This document shows, piece after piece, positions 14,093 to 27,010 of a DNA stretch of 64,000 bases. Within the stretch, counting starts at the first letter, position 1, and every line of letters begins with the position of its first letter. The stretch comes from Heptranchias perlo (taxonomy: Eukaryota): assembly GCF_035084215.1 (NCBI RefSeq), contig NC_090344.1, forward strand, positions 43,152,001-43,216,000, read 5' to 3'. A program made the translations under genes and the position numbers. The notes under the pieces were generated by a model. That model did not search any database. It saw only the letters and a program-made list of their open reading frames with translations, and was not told the origin of the DNA.

Positions 14093-15349
14093 TGATGATT
14101 GTGTGACAAATAAATAACGGCAACTATCTCCGCTCCGCAAACCCTTCCCAAGTCTGGAAAGAAACTTGCACAATGTCACAAAACGCTCCCATGGGCGAGC
14201 ACACAAACAAAACCCAAATTCAATTATCTGCAGATGTTTTCATACCTCTCCACTTCAGCAAACCTCAGGCATCTTAAGTACAGGAAAATCTGTTTAATAG
14301 GTCACAAACAAGCCTTCCATTTTATACTTATCATAAATACTTCATCCAGTTCTTAATTAGTGCAGCACAGAAACTGATATAGTAAAATAATATTTTACAC
14401 CAGTTTCTCCAGGTTCCTTCATTTCACTAAGAGAAGTTTTTTAAATGGTATGGAGAGTATTGGAGAATAAAGTTTTCTCCAGCAGAAACAGCGCTAAATA
14501 CTTTTAAACTACATTCCTAGTAAAGTGCTGTCATCAGTTTGAGGTTGCTCGATTATCTATTTGTTCTGATCAGTTGCTAGTGTGGATCAGGGGATTATGA
14601 GATTAGACCTGACTCAAACAATTTAAGCTCATCCCTGAAAGTGACAATCAGAACAGTGCGAGGGGTGCACTGCATGTCACAGGCATCGGTCTTCAGATCA
14701 AACAGTAAGCCACGGTCACATCTGCCTTTCCTGGAAGATGCAAAACATTCTATGGCACTTCTCATAAAGTGTAGGGCTAAGCCCCAACATTTACCAGGAG
14801 GACTCACTGCAAATAAAACATAGCATCTCATGAGGTTCCTCATGTTCTACAGCTGGGACACACTCAGAACATCATTCTCCTTTGCCCATTCTCTCGGCAC
14901 TGAATGCTGGAATGAATATGTAGAACGGGCTTCAGGGGGGCAGTGGGGGGGTCTAAGATCTGAGCCCATTTAAGGGAAATGGGTGAAACAAAGACCATCA
15001 AATAGCTTGTCCAATTCTAACAGGCAATCAAATGAAGGAACCCGGAGATTTGTTTTCCCACATCAGTTTCTATGCTGCACAAATTAAGAACTAGGTAAAG
15101 TATTTATGATCACAAGTATAAATTGGAAGGTTCGTTTGTGATGTGTGTTAAACAGGTTTTCCTGTACTTAAGATGCCTGAGGGTGGAGAGCAATGAAAAC
15201 TCCTGCACATAATTGGATTTGGGTTTTGTTCGAGTGCCCAGACCATGCGAGGGTTTTGTGACATTGTGCAAGTTTTTTTTCCCCATTCCCAGGAAGGGTT
15301 TGCGGAGTGGAGATAGTTGCCGGGCCATTTATTTGTCACACAATCGTCA
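14093..15349. repeat. Diverged inverted repeat: arms 14093-14378 and 15062-15349
   Basis: For example cctcaggcatcttaagtacaggaaaa (about 14263) is the reverse complement of ttttcctgtacttaagatgcctgagg (about 15157). The arms are colinear over about 290 bp with scattered mismatches and indels. Confidence 0.9.
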
Positions 15350-16899
15350 CAACATAAACAGTCCTTCATTTTACCTCCAGAGAAGAGGCCTGCTTATCAA
15401 CATGCTGTGCAGCACAATCCCTCACACCACAATTTTCCAATGATGATCATTGTATCCGCAGCGAGTACTTTTAAAAACATGCACTGATCTGTGGTTCAAA
15501 CAGGCAGGTTCAGGATAAACCAAAAAAAAAAATTCTTCGGCACAAACGAGACTGTGTGTGTTTAAATGTAAAATACAGGCAAATCCGCTTACAAACGAAT
15601 CAGAGTTTTAGCTGATTTGCAGGACAATTCACCAATATTTAACAGATTGCAGTAAATTTTCCGCAGAGGCAGCTTATATTGCATAAAGTTGTTCAAATCG
15701 CATTAAGTTGCTCTGCCGAGTGCTTTTACAAACCACGCACCATTCAAAGGATTAGTGAAGCAACACTGCAAAAACAATAAATAAAGAGTGACTGGTCAGC
15801 GGCCAGCACTTTGCCTGAGCTCACCTCTGGTTATTGCAGAGAAGCTCTCTGCCCATGTGTTCTGATGGAGGGGGGCTACCCTCGCCCTCTCCCTCTCCCT
15901 CCTTCAGATCTTGACTGACTCGTGTACATTTCCAGCTATTGCTGTTTTTATTTGGGACTCTCTGCCCATGCCCAACACTCTTGCACAGATTACCACAAAA
16001 TGAGACAGTAGATCCGCCAAAAATAAACCAATATTCATCATAAACACTAAATAAGACAGGCAGCACTTGTGAGGGTGGACCAAAGCCCACAGTGACTGCA
16101 TTCTCATCTCCCACCCGGTGTAGAAATCTGTTGGCTCTGACATCAAAGATCACTTTGAGCAGAGGAACCATGACCAGCTCCTGCCTTAGTCCTCATGAAG
16201 CAGACCCGTTGGGAGGGCTGACAACTGAAGTGACGGGGAGTGAGGAAAATGGTTTATAATTCCTGCCAGCTGATCTGCAGGATTAACCCGTCCGGGGTCC
16301 ATGTGGCTGGGCTCGTGCTCCTTAAATAGCTTGTTACCTGTGAGGTGAACCTTTCACTGCAGCCTTCTCACCCATCCATCCCATCCTTTGTGAAAGTACA
16401 AGCATTTAGCTGACCTCAGCGAGCACATCCGGCGGAAGGAACATCTGGAGCAGCTTTCATTCCTGCTTGCTGACGGAGCGCTGAAATTCATTTTCTGAAG
16501 TGGTACTGGCTGAGTTTTACTGGTGAGCTGTGAACACAGCAAAACTCAGCAGGGGCTGCTTCACAATGTCAATCATGGCCCTGGCTGGTACGTACAGATG
16601 GTGGAGATATCAACATCCAGCGCTCCTTATGGAGCTCCCTGACAGAACCAAAAAAACAATTGTGATATCAGCTGAATAGCTCTCTAACTAAACATTAGTC
16701 TTTTGATTCCTGTGGAGCCACTCAGAACAGTTACTGTTCACTGGAGTTGAAACAAGACAACTCTCAGTAAACACAAACACTTGGCTCATTAATTCTGTTT
16801 TAAATACACTGCTGTATTTGATAGATCCTTGTTTTTATTTGTACATATTTCTCTTAAAAACAAAAATCCCTCCTTCCCATAGCCCATAACTCCCTCATT

Positions 16900-17200
16900 T
16901 CTCCCTCTGCTTCTCCTGAAAGCATGGAATTCTTTCTAGGGTACACTCGTTAATTGTCCTGTGGCACATCATCCAAGTCGCTATGATTCATGTGTGAGCT
17001 GGAATGGTGAATGTTGGCAAACGATGTGACCACATCTGGCAGAGGTCGCTGGATGGCAATCAGGAACAGGAACCCTCACCAGTTTTCTCCTCCCTCCGCA
17101 GGGATACTCAGGCCATTTGTAACATCGTCGGTTAAGATAAGCTAACTTGGCATTAACCTAGGACTGATGACTCAATACTCAGTGCCTTAAACAGCTGAGC
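16900..17200 (-). mobile_element. Degraded AmnSINE2-like SINE
   Basis: Shares ggatggcaatcaggaacaggaaccc and ttcatgtgtgagc motifs with the copy at 4070-4445. Confidence 0.5.
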
Positions 17201-17629
17201 GATGGGTGGGGCCCCACTCTTTATATTCTTGGTATCTTTAATATGGGCCGCCCATGGTCCCTAATAGTCAAGTCCTAGTCAAAAAAATCCAGCAGGCAGC
17301 ATCATTCAACACCCCCAATTTGCCAATCCACACTCAGTGAGTGTGCTTCCCTCTAATTAACACCTCCACATTGTCTCACTGACGTCATCTGATGCAAAGT
17401 GCAGACACTGCTTGGTCTTAGTCTGAACCTGGACCTTGTATCTCAGTTGCTCTTTGGGATAACAAGCAGGGGATAAATAGAAGCAAACTGGTGGACAAGG
17501 CATTATCACCTCCGGCTCCAGATTCAGAGTATCAGCCAAAAATTGTATAGATCCCTCAGTGCCTAAGACTTTTCATTCACATCATCGGTCACAAACTGCC
17601 CAACATTTCGCAAGGAACAGACAGGTGGG

Positions 17630-17765
17630 AGAACCGTCACCACACGGACTGCAGCGGTTCAAGAAGGCGGCTCACCCACCACCTTCTCGAGGGCAATTAG
17701 GATTGGGCAATAAATGCCGGCCTCGCCAGCGACGCCCACATCCTGTGAACGAATTTTAAAAAAAG
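17630..17765 (+). mobile_element. LINE/SINE 3' tail (ggcaataaatgc...gcccacatcc family)
   Basis: ggactgcagcggttcaagaaggcggctcaccc...gggcaataaatgccggcctcgccagcgacgcccacatcc followed by an A-rich end; same tail as the 49765-50600 element. Confidence 0.7.
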
Positions 17766-19471
17766 GTGCTGGGGATAACTTCCAGTTCAAAGCTGAACCA
17801 GTTTGATAGGTGTCTCGATGTCTGAAATACATATTGGTGGCAACAAAATTAGCTCCATGACATCTACCCAACTGGGCACTTGGTGATTTTTTTTTTGCTA
17901 CCAACTGTTGTGTTGTCCTCCACATTTCTCTAAAGACAGCTACTTGCTACGTGTTTATCTCAATAATAGGAGCACTTCAGTAATGTGATCAGAGCTGGAA
18001 AGTAAACTCTTCTGGGGGAACAATGGAATGCAGAACTATTAGTGTTCTTAATTTAAAAGTCAGGACAAGTCATATCTTTTCTCTTCAAATCTGATTATAT
18101 TGACCATAACTTTACCTAAAAGAGAGCGAAATGAAGCTTTGTTTGTATGTTTCCTCCAGTAAACGAACAAGCTGTGTCGAGGTGTTGCTTACTCAACGCA
18201 TTCATTAAGAAGACGATAAAAGCTTAGAGGAGACAAAAGACGACAAACATTTACAGCTTCAAGGCTTCATGAGATATTATGTCAAATTTCTGTACGTGCT
18301 GGTACATTTGTCATCATCGTTTGAGTCTGGGGGCGACGCACAGCCTGCTCCCCAGCAAGCTGCCACCAGTCCACAACCATACTTGGCGTCAGAATTTCAA
18401 GGGAAATTGGGTACATTTTCAGACGATAGCAAACTAGGAGAGGCTAATGAATCTGAGAAGGCAGCTCAGGAACTCCAAAACGAGTTGGACAAAATATGTG
18501 AGTGGGCAGAACAATGACCAATGAAATGTGTATGGTCTGATGTAAAGTATCTGAAAACAGGTGACATAAGTGGTGTTGAAATCGGTAAGAATGAAGTTGA
18601 AAGTGTTTGAGGAGTCACTTATACGTCCAATCAATCTGGACCAGTGGTCAACAAAACCATTGGAATACTGAACTCTGCAGCCAAAAACAGTGACGCCCAT
18701 CGGAACCTGCCATGCATGTGTAAAGAAAGATCCCACTGGCTTTGGGCGGGTGCCCTTGCCATCTACTCAGTAGAGCAGATTACAATCGGGAACAGTCAGT
18801 TCCCGGTGGCTTTAGGACGGGTAAGTAACCTGGGTGATTTTAACTGCCCACTCGCCAGGTTTCCAGCAGGCGGGTAGAGTTACAATCAACCTCATTGTTC
18901 CAAATCCTTGCAATCACTGTTGAGATTGTGACATCTCATCAGCCTCTCCAGCTACTGCTATTGCAGCCTGACTCCACATAGCACTAAACTTCAAGCAGTC
19001 CCTCCCCCACTTCCTTCCCCCCCACTATTGGCGGTCATGCCTTCAGCCGTCAAAGATGGATATATTTTACACTCTTCATTTGATAAAGTTAACTGATTCT
19101 CTTGTGGATGCAATGACACACAGACTGACTGGGCAGCTTAAACTGGGCTCTTCAATACTTCAGTGCAGAGATGTCTCACTGTGCGCTACAGGATGCTGGA
19201 TAGAGAGTGGACAGTGAGGGCAAAAAGGGAGAAGAGGGCCAAGGAAGCAGCACAAGCAGACGAGAAGTGCCTTAAAGAGGTTTTTGAAGGCAGGGAGGAG
19301 GGAGGCAAGGCAGATCGCTGAGGGGCAAACTTGCTGAAGGACAGTAGATATTCACAAAAATACACCCCATTCATACATACATGTTCATCCTTGTTTCTGT
19401 GTCCAGTGCACCTCAATTTTATAATTCTCATCTGTTCAAATCCCTCCATGGCTTCGCCCCTCACCAACCTC

Positions 19472-20738
19472 GTGCGCCGCGACAGTCACCCGAGCCATCT
19501 TCCGCTTTGTCTGGAGATCAAAAATGGACCGTGTCCGCAGGGTCACGATGTACAAATCTCCAGAGAGAGGGGGGAAAGGCGTGCCCAACGTGGCCCTCAT
19601 CCTGATGGCCACCCTTGTGTGCGGCTGCATCAAGCTGTGCATAGACCCTCGGTACGCAAACACAAAGTGTCACTACGTGCTGAGGTTCTACCTATCCCCG
19701 GTGTTGAGGAGGATGGGCCTGGCCACGCTGCCACGGAACGCTCCGTCCAGTTGGACCGTTCCGCCCCACCTGTCCTTCGTGGAAAAGTTTGTGCAGAAAA
19801 ACACCTTTGACCACAAGGCGATCAGCAAGTGGTCCGCACGTAACGTCCTCGAGACCCTGCGGGAAAAGGAGATGGTGGATCCTGTCGGTTGGTTCCCCGA
19901 GCAGACTGTCAATGTCATTTGGCAGAACGCCTCATCGCCAGAGCTGTTAAACAAGCACCAAGACCTAGCTTGGCTGGTGGGGAGAAGGGCCCTTCCCGTC
20001 AGATCCTTCATGCACTCCCGGGCTCTCAGCGCCACTGCGCGCTGTCCCCGAGGAGGCTGCACTGGAGACGAGACCGTCAGCCACCTCCTTCTGGAATGTG
20101 CCTTTGCAAAGAAGGTCTGGAGAGAGATGCAGTGGTATCTGTCCAGGTTCGTCCCGAGCTGTTCTGTAACACAGGATTCTGTGCTCTACGGGCTGTTCCC
20201 GGGGACGCACACCGAGACGGACATCGGCTGCTGCTGGAAGACCATCAACTCGGTGAAAGACGCCCTTTGGTCTGCCCGAAACTTGCTGGTCTTCCAGCAC
20301 AAGGAGCTGTCCTCGACCGAGTGTTGCAGACTGGCACATTCCAAGGTCCAGAACTACGTGCTCAGGGACGCACTGAGGACGGGTGCGGCCGCCGCAAAGG
20401 ATCTGTGGGGAAAGGCAACCGTTTGGAGCCTTCCCGCCAATGTATACAGAGGGGCTGCAATCAGGGAAAAACCCCCTCGAGCAGAATGTAAAATTCTAAT
20501 TGAACCTGTAAAAAATCTGTAACATACCTGTTATCAATAATCTGTATTGAGTGTAATGCAATGAGGCACCCAAGAGTGTCATGAACTGCAATTATGTCCA
20601 ATGTGTTCATTGAACTGTACTTCATGTAACCTGCAAATTGTATGATCTGTATTGTGTACGTTTGGAATGTGATATGACAACTGTATTGTATGTATTGCTG
20701 CAAATTTTATGAAGAAAGTATATTTTTTGAAAAAAAAA
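19472..20738 (+). mobile_element. 5'-truncated Tx1-clade (L1 superfamily) LINE inserted in an L2-type remnant
   Basis: The 332-aa ORF is an ORF2 C-terminus with a zf-RVT knuckle (CPRGGC...ETVSHLLLEC...VW). An AT-rich 3'UTR, an A-tail at 20729-20738 and an apparent 6-bp TSD AACCTC (19466-19471 / 20737-20742) follow. Confidence 0.88.
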
Positions 20739-21005
20739 CCTCCAGCCCTGCAACCCTCCAGGGAACTCTGCATTCCTCCAACTGTGGGCTCTTGTCCCTC
20801 CCCCACTTCCTTCCCCCCATTATTGGTGGTCGTGCCTTCAGCCGTCTCGGCCCTAAGCTCTGGAATTCCCTCCCCAAACCTCTCTCCCACTCTCTCCTTT
20901 AAGACCCTCCTCACCGTCCAAGCTTTTAGTCGCCCGACCCAATATCTCCTTCTTTGGCTCGTTTTACGACGTTAAAAGTTCTCTATAAATGAAAGTTGCT
21001 GTTAT
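20739..21005 (+). mobile_element. L2-type LINE 3' end (its 5' part lies at about 19385-19470)
   Basis: ctccagccctgcaaccctcc...gccttcagccgtctcggccctaagctctggaattccctccc is the same tail as in 28600-28990. Confidence 0.75.
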
Positions 21006-22214
21006 TGTAGTAGCAGTAATCCTACGGGTGCAATGACTCATGGACAAGTGTAACCTTTCCATTTTAAACAAAATGGCAACTGGAACCAAGGCAACAATCA
21101 ATGCAGAGAAGCAGTTACAAGCACAGATATTGGGGTAGCAATATGTACAGGTCATACAAAGCACAGCTGAGATTTCAAACTGCCTTTTATTCATGTACTT
21201 GCTGAAAAAAGCTGCGTTCATATTGATTCAGATCTTGCTTCTTTCCCACTGCCCTCACTCTGGGAACATTTTTAATCGTACAGGATTACTGCTGCACTGA
21301 TGTTGTGACCTTGCTCAATGACGTGATGCTTTCTGACTGATAAGCGAGTTTGGAGTCTGACCTAATTACACACTGCAATTTAACTGCGCAGAGTGCGAGA
21401 CGGGGGTGGGGGGGGCGGTGGAGAGAGAGACACACAGACAGACAGACAGACAGTGAGGGAGAGAAGGAAGATGCTGAACAACAAACTGATTCTACATCAA
21501 GGCACAGACTGACAAACTGAAAGAAAAGACTGAGGGAGAGAACAGAGAAAGGAATTCTTCATTATGTGACTGTGTGAATGGCAGAGGAGGTCTCTGAGAG
21601 CCCAATACAATTATATTTTATTTTAATACAAAAATTCACACATTATGGGACTGATGCACCCACGTAGATAAAATACAATTGTTTCTTTGGTAACCATATT
21701 AAGGCTAACATCGACAATAAAGCTGTAGATGTGAAATTTCAGGACTACATAGTTGAAGTGAATAATGAAATTTAGACAGGCAGTTAGTCTGTTTCACAGG
21801 AGCAGTAACACAGCCAGCTAAACTCTCACACATACACAGTTAAACTCCCATAACTGCACATTCAGAGGCAGTTTAGGCCCTGCAGTCTGCACATTCCAAT
21901 TTTTGCACCCCAGTATCCTGATTTCCCATCATCTTTCTGCCTTCTCAGAAGTTTGTGTGATCTGCTGCCACCCAGTGGATACACCATGTCATAAAAGTAC
22001 AAAATAAAAAGCAGGTCATATGAGTGCTGTGATTAACAGACCAGGCTCAGGCTGATCAGATTCTGTCTGACTAGATAAGAATGTTTTCTTTTCGGAATTT
22101 AACATTTTCTTCTACACAGGAATTTACGTAAAAGACTAAACCACTCATCTTACAGGAACTCACTGACCAATTTTTACGTGAAGTCACTGTACAGACAAAC
22201 GTGTCCTCAACAAT

Positions 22215-23115
22215 TGACACACTTTTCAAAATTTGCAGATGACACTTGGAAGTGTATAAACAGTGAGGAGGATAGTGATAGACTTGAAGAGGACGCAGAC
22301 AGGTTGGTGGAATGGGCGGACACGTGACAGATGAAATTTAACGCAGAGAAGTGTGAGGTGATACATTTTGGGAGGAAGAACGAGGAGAGACAATATAAAC
22401 TAAAGAGGATGCAGGAACGGGGACACCTGGGGGTATATGTACACAGGTCATTGAAGGTGGCAGGACAGGTTGAGAAAGCGGTTAAGAAAGCATATGGGAT
22501 CCTGGGCTTTATAAATAGAGGCATAGAGTACAAAAGCGAGGATGTTATGTTGAACCTTGATAAAACACTGGTTCGGTCACAATTGGAGTATTGTGTCCAA
22601 TTCTGGGCACCGCACTCTAGGAAGGATGTGAAGGCCTTAGAGAGGGTGCAGAAAAGATTTACTAGAATGAGGGACTTCAGTTACGTGGATAGACTGGAGA
22701 AGCTGGGGTTGTTCTCCTCAGAGCAGAGAAGGTTGAGAGGAGATTTGATAGAAGTGTTCAAAATCATGAGGGGTCTAGACAAAGTAAATAAAGAGAAACT
22801 GTTCCCATTGGCGGAAGGGTCGCAAACCAGAGGGCACAGGTTTAAGGTGACTGGCAAAAGAACCAAAGGCGACATGAGGAAAAACTTTTTTACGCAGCGA
22901 GTGGTTAGGATCTGGAATGCACTGCCTGAAAGGGTGGTGGAAGCAGGGTCAATTGTGGCTTTCAAAAAAGAATTAGATAGGTACCTGAAGAAGAAAAATT
23001 TGCAGAGCTTCGGGGAAAGAGCAGGGAAGTGGGACTAGCTGGATTGCTCTTAGAGAGCTGGCGCAGGTTTGATGGGCTGAATGGCCTCCTTCTGTGCCGT
23101 AACCATTCTATGATT
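22215..23115 (+). mobile_element. CR1 LINE, 3' part of ORF2 plus 3'UTR
   Basis: KFADDT remnant, MKFNAEKCEVIHFG...LEYCVQFWAP...RRLRGDLIEVFKI...WNALPE; ends attctatgatt. Confidence 0.95.
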
Positions 23116-24374
23116 TTGTTTTAATGTCCAGCTCACTGTATAAAATGTGGTCAATTCATGATTTAGTTCTTGACATTTGTTGAAAAACATATGGGAGCAC
23201 CAATTTAACAGGAAATAAAACCAGGAAGCTTATATTGTATCCACATAAATCTATACATTAATTGAATTTACACGAATGTAATGGTATCCACTACTGTATA
23301 ACTCTATATGTAAACCATCCAAATCTCTCCATTAATTTCCAAACAGCAACTCCCAGATATATTACTGATGGAATTTCACAGGGCTTTGCTGCCAGCATGG
23401 AGCTTCGCTGGACACAAGTAGGGAGACAGAGAGGAGTCTGCTAACACTGTAGCCCCAATTCTCAGACACACCCTCACACCAACCCCTCTCTCTATATGTA
23501 CACCATTCAAACCCCTTGACTACCTTTTAGTCTGTAACCCCTTGATTATAATGTAATCTCCTGACATTTTTGCCATCTGTTATCCCTGACCTCTGTGTAA
23601 GGAAACTGTATTTACAATATAGACACTAACAAGTAGTTTAGAAAAAATAATTGTCATAGATGCCTATAATCAATTTGCATGCATATCCTTTTCACAGTGA
23701 GAATATCTGTACAGAGCTCATAGTAAGATCGGAGAGACAGACAATCTGACTTAAAGGAATGGGGAAACATGACGGTTTCCCGTAACAGTGTGGTGGGAGG
23801 GGGAGGACACACAAGTTTGTGCTCGATATCCAACCTAGCACATTCCCAATCTCACCTGTCATCAAGGATCGAACATCACCTCAGTCACTTTCACACTCTT
23901 CAGACCAGGCTGTTCAAAAGGAGTGGAGGCAGGCAGCTTCATATGCGCCCTCGGAATTGGAAACAGTAAGTGCCCACAAGGAAGCCTAAAAAGGAGAAAA
24001 TAATTTGAAACTGGTGGACTATAAAATAAATAAGAACAGCCAGTTTCTGAAGAAGTCTGTTCCACACAGTGCGAGAATCAGCCAATAAACAAACCTTTAA
24101 CACACCTTCTCAGTCAGACAGCAGACTGAAGAAATGTAGCACAGATCCTGCAAATGGAAATTCTTCCTTCGATGAAAGTACCACCACAGAAAGGATTCAA
24201 ACTCTCTCAGAGCCACAGACATCAGCAACATTCACAACAACCCTAAATTAACACAATCAAAAAGCTGACACACATCTCGTTTCTATTCCAATGCTATCTA
24301 CGCTGATCACATAATCACCAGTATCAACGATAGCAAGATTATGAAATGTACAATTGACTCTACAATTTTTTTCA

Positions 24375-27010
24375 TTTAGTATGGTACAGCACAGAAGAAG
24401 GAGGCCTTTCGGCCCATCGTGCCTGTGCCAGCTCTTTGAAAGGGCTATCCAATTAGTCCCAATCCACCGCTCTTTCCCCATAGGCCTGTTTCCCCTTCAA
24501 GTATTTGTCCAATTACCTTTTGAAAGTTACTATTGAGTCTGCTTCCACCACCCTTTCAGGGAGTTCATTCCAGATCATAACAAGTCGCTCCATAAAAAAG
24601 TGATTCCTCATGTCACCTCTGGTTCTTTTGCCAATCACCTTAAATCTGTGTCCACTGGTTACCAACCCTCCGCCACTGGAAACAGTTTCTCCTTATTTAC
24701 TCTATCAAAACTGCTCTGAACACCTCTATCAAATTTCCTTCACCTTCTCTGCTCTAAGGAGAACAATCCCAGATTCTCCAGTCTCTTCACATAACTGAAG
24801 TCCTTCGAGTAAATCTCTTCTGCACCCTCTCTAAGGCCTTGACATCCTTCCCAAAGTGGGGTGTCCACAATTGAACACAATACTCCAGCTAAGGCCTAAC
24901 CAGTGTTTTATGAAGGTTTAGCATAACTTCCTTGCTTTTGTACACTCTGCATCTATTAATAAAGCCCAGGATCCCATATGCTTTTTTAACAGCCTTCTCA
25001 ACTTGTCCTGCCACCTTCAAAGATTTGTGTACACACACCCAGGTCTCTGTTCCTGCATCCCCTTCAAAATTGTACCATTTAGTTTATATTGCCTCCCCTC
25101 ATTTTTCCGACCAAAATGTATCACTTTACACTTCTCCATGTTAAATTTCATCTGGCACATGTCTGCCCATTTCACCAGTCTGTCAACGTCCTCCTGAAGT
25201 CTGCTACTGTCGTCCACATTGTTTACTACATTTCTGAGTTTCGTGCCATCTGCAAACTTTGAAATTATACCCTCTATACCCAAGTTCAAGTCATTAACAT
25301 ATATCAAAAAGAGCTATGGTCCTAATAGCGACCCCTGTGGGACACCACTGTATACTTCCCTCCAGTCTGAAATACAACCGTTCACCACTCCTCTCTGCTT
25401 TTTGTCCCTTAGCCAATTTCGTATCCACGCAGCCACTGTCCCTTTAATCCTCTAATAATTTTTCTACGTGGTACTTTATCAAATGCCTTTTCAAAGTCCA
25501 TATACACATCAACCACACTACCCTTATTAACCCTCTCCGTTACTTCATCAAAGAACTCAAACAAGTTAGTCAAACACGATTTTCCTTTAACAAATCCATG
25601 CTGACTTTCATTTATTAGCCCAGACTTTTCCAAGTGCCAATTAATTTTGTCTTGAATTATTATCTCTAAAAGTTTCCCCACCACCAACGTTAGCATGACT
25701 GGCCTGTAATTGCCAGGTTTATCCCTCTCCCCTTTTTTGAATAGGGGTGTAACATTTGCAATCCTCCAATCCTCTGGCACCGCCCCCATATGCAAGGAGA
25801 ATTGTAAGATTATGGCCAGAGCCTCCACAATTTCCACCCTTACTTCCCTCAGTAGCCTAGGATGCATCCCATCTGGACCGGGTGACTTTTCTACATTGAG
25901 TCGCACCAATCTTTTAAGTACCTCCTCTTTATCTATTTTTATCCTATCCAATATCGGTAGTACTTCCTCCATTACTGCTATGTTGGCAGCATCCTCTTCT
26001 TCAGTGAAGACCAATGCAAAGTATTCATTTAGTACCTCAGCCATGCCCTCTGCCTCCACAAGAAGATCTCCTTTTTTGTCCCCAATCGGCCCCATCCTTC
26101 CTTTCACTACTCTTTTACTATTTATATGTTTATAAAAGATTTTTTGGTTCCCTTTTATGTTAGTCACCAATCTATTCTCATACTCTCTCTTTGCCCCTCA
26201 TTTCTTTTTTTAGGTCTCCTCTTTACTTACTGTATTCAGCTTGGTTCTACTGTATTATGAGCCTTACATTCGTCATAAGCCTCCTTTTTCTGTTTCATTT
26301 TAATCTCTATATCTTTAGTCATCCAAGCAGCTTTAGCTTTAGATGCCCTTCCTTTCCCCCCTGGGAATGTGTCTACTCTGTACCCGAATCATCTCCTCCT
26401 TGAAGGCCTCCCATTGTTCAATTACTGTTTTGTCTACCATTTTTTGATTTCAATCCACCTGGGCAAGATCCTTTTTTAACTCACTGAAATTAGCCCTCCT
26501 CCAGTTAAGTATTTTTACGCTTGATTGTTCCTTGTCCTTTTCCATAACTATTTTAAACCTGATTATATCTTGATCACTGTTCCCCAAATGCTGCCCCAAT
26601 GAAACATGCTCCACTGGCCCCACTTCATTCCCCAGAACTAGTTTGAGCAGTGCTTCCTTCCTTGTTGAGCTGGAAACACACTGATCAAAAAAGTCCACTT
26701 GTTCACATTTCAGGAATTCCTCCCCCTCTTTCCCCTTGACACCATTACTGTCCCAGGCTATATTGGGATAATTGAAGTCCCCCATCATCAGTACTCTATG
26801 GCGTTTGCATCTTTCTGTAATTTCCCTGCAAGTTTGCTCCTCTATCTCCTTCCATTATTTAGTGGTCAATAGTAATGTAAAGCTCCTCTATTATTCCTTA
26901 ATTCGAACCAAATAGATTCGGTCTTTGACCCCTCAACTACATCATCCCTTTCCAGTGCTATCATAGTTTCTTTGATCAATACTGCCACCCCCCTCCTTTC
27001 TTTCCTTCCC
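24375..27010 (-). mobile_element. CR1 LINE, degraded ORF2 (endonuclease and RT) plus 3'UTR
   Basis: ORF pieces GDFNYPNIAW (APE endonuclease), KSPGPDGMHPR...NYRPV...QHGF...DFEKAFDKVP and SKFADGTKL (RT), with several stops, frameshifts and an internal deletion. Confidence 0.95.

Noticed and set aside
19688-20491. Overlapping alternative-frame and antisense ORFs in the Tx1 element (likewise 22207-22965, 25710-26135, 57785-59076 in CR1s)
   Set aside because: These are shadow ORFs of LINE coding sequence with no independent protein signatures.
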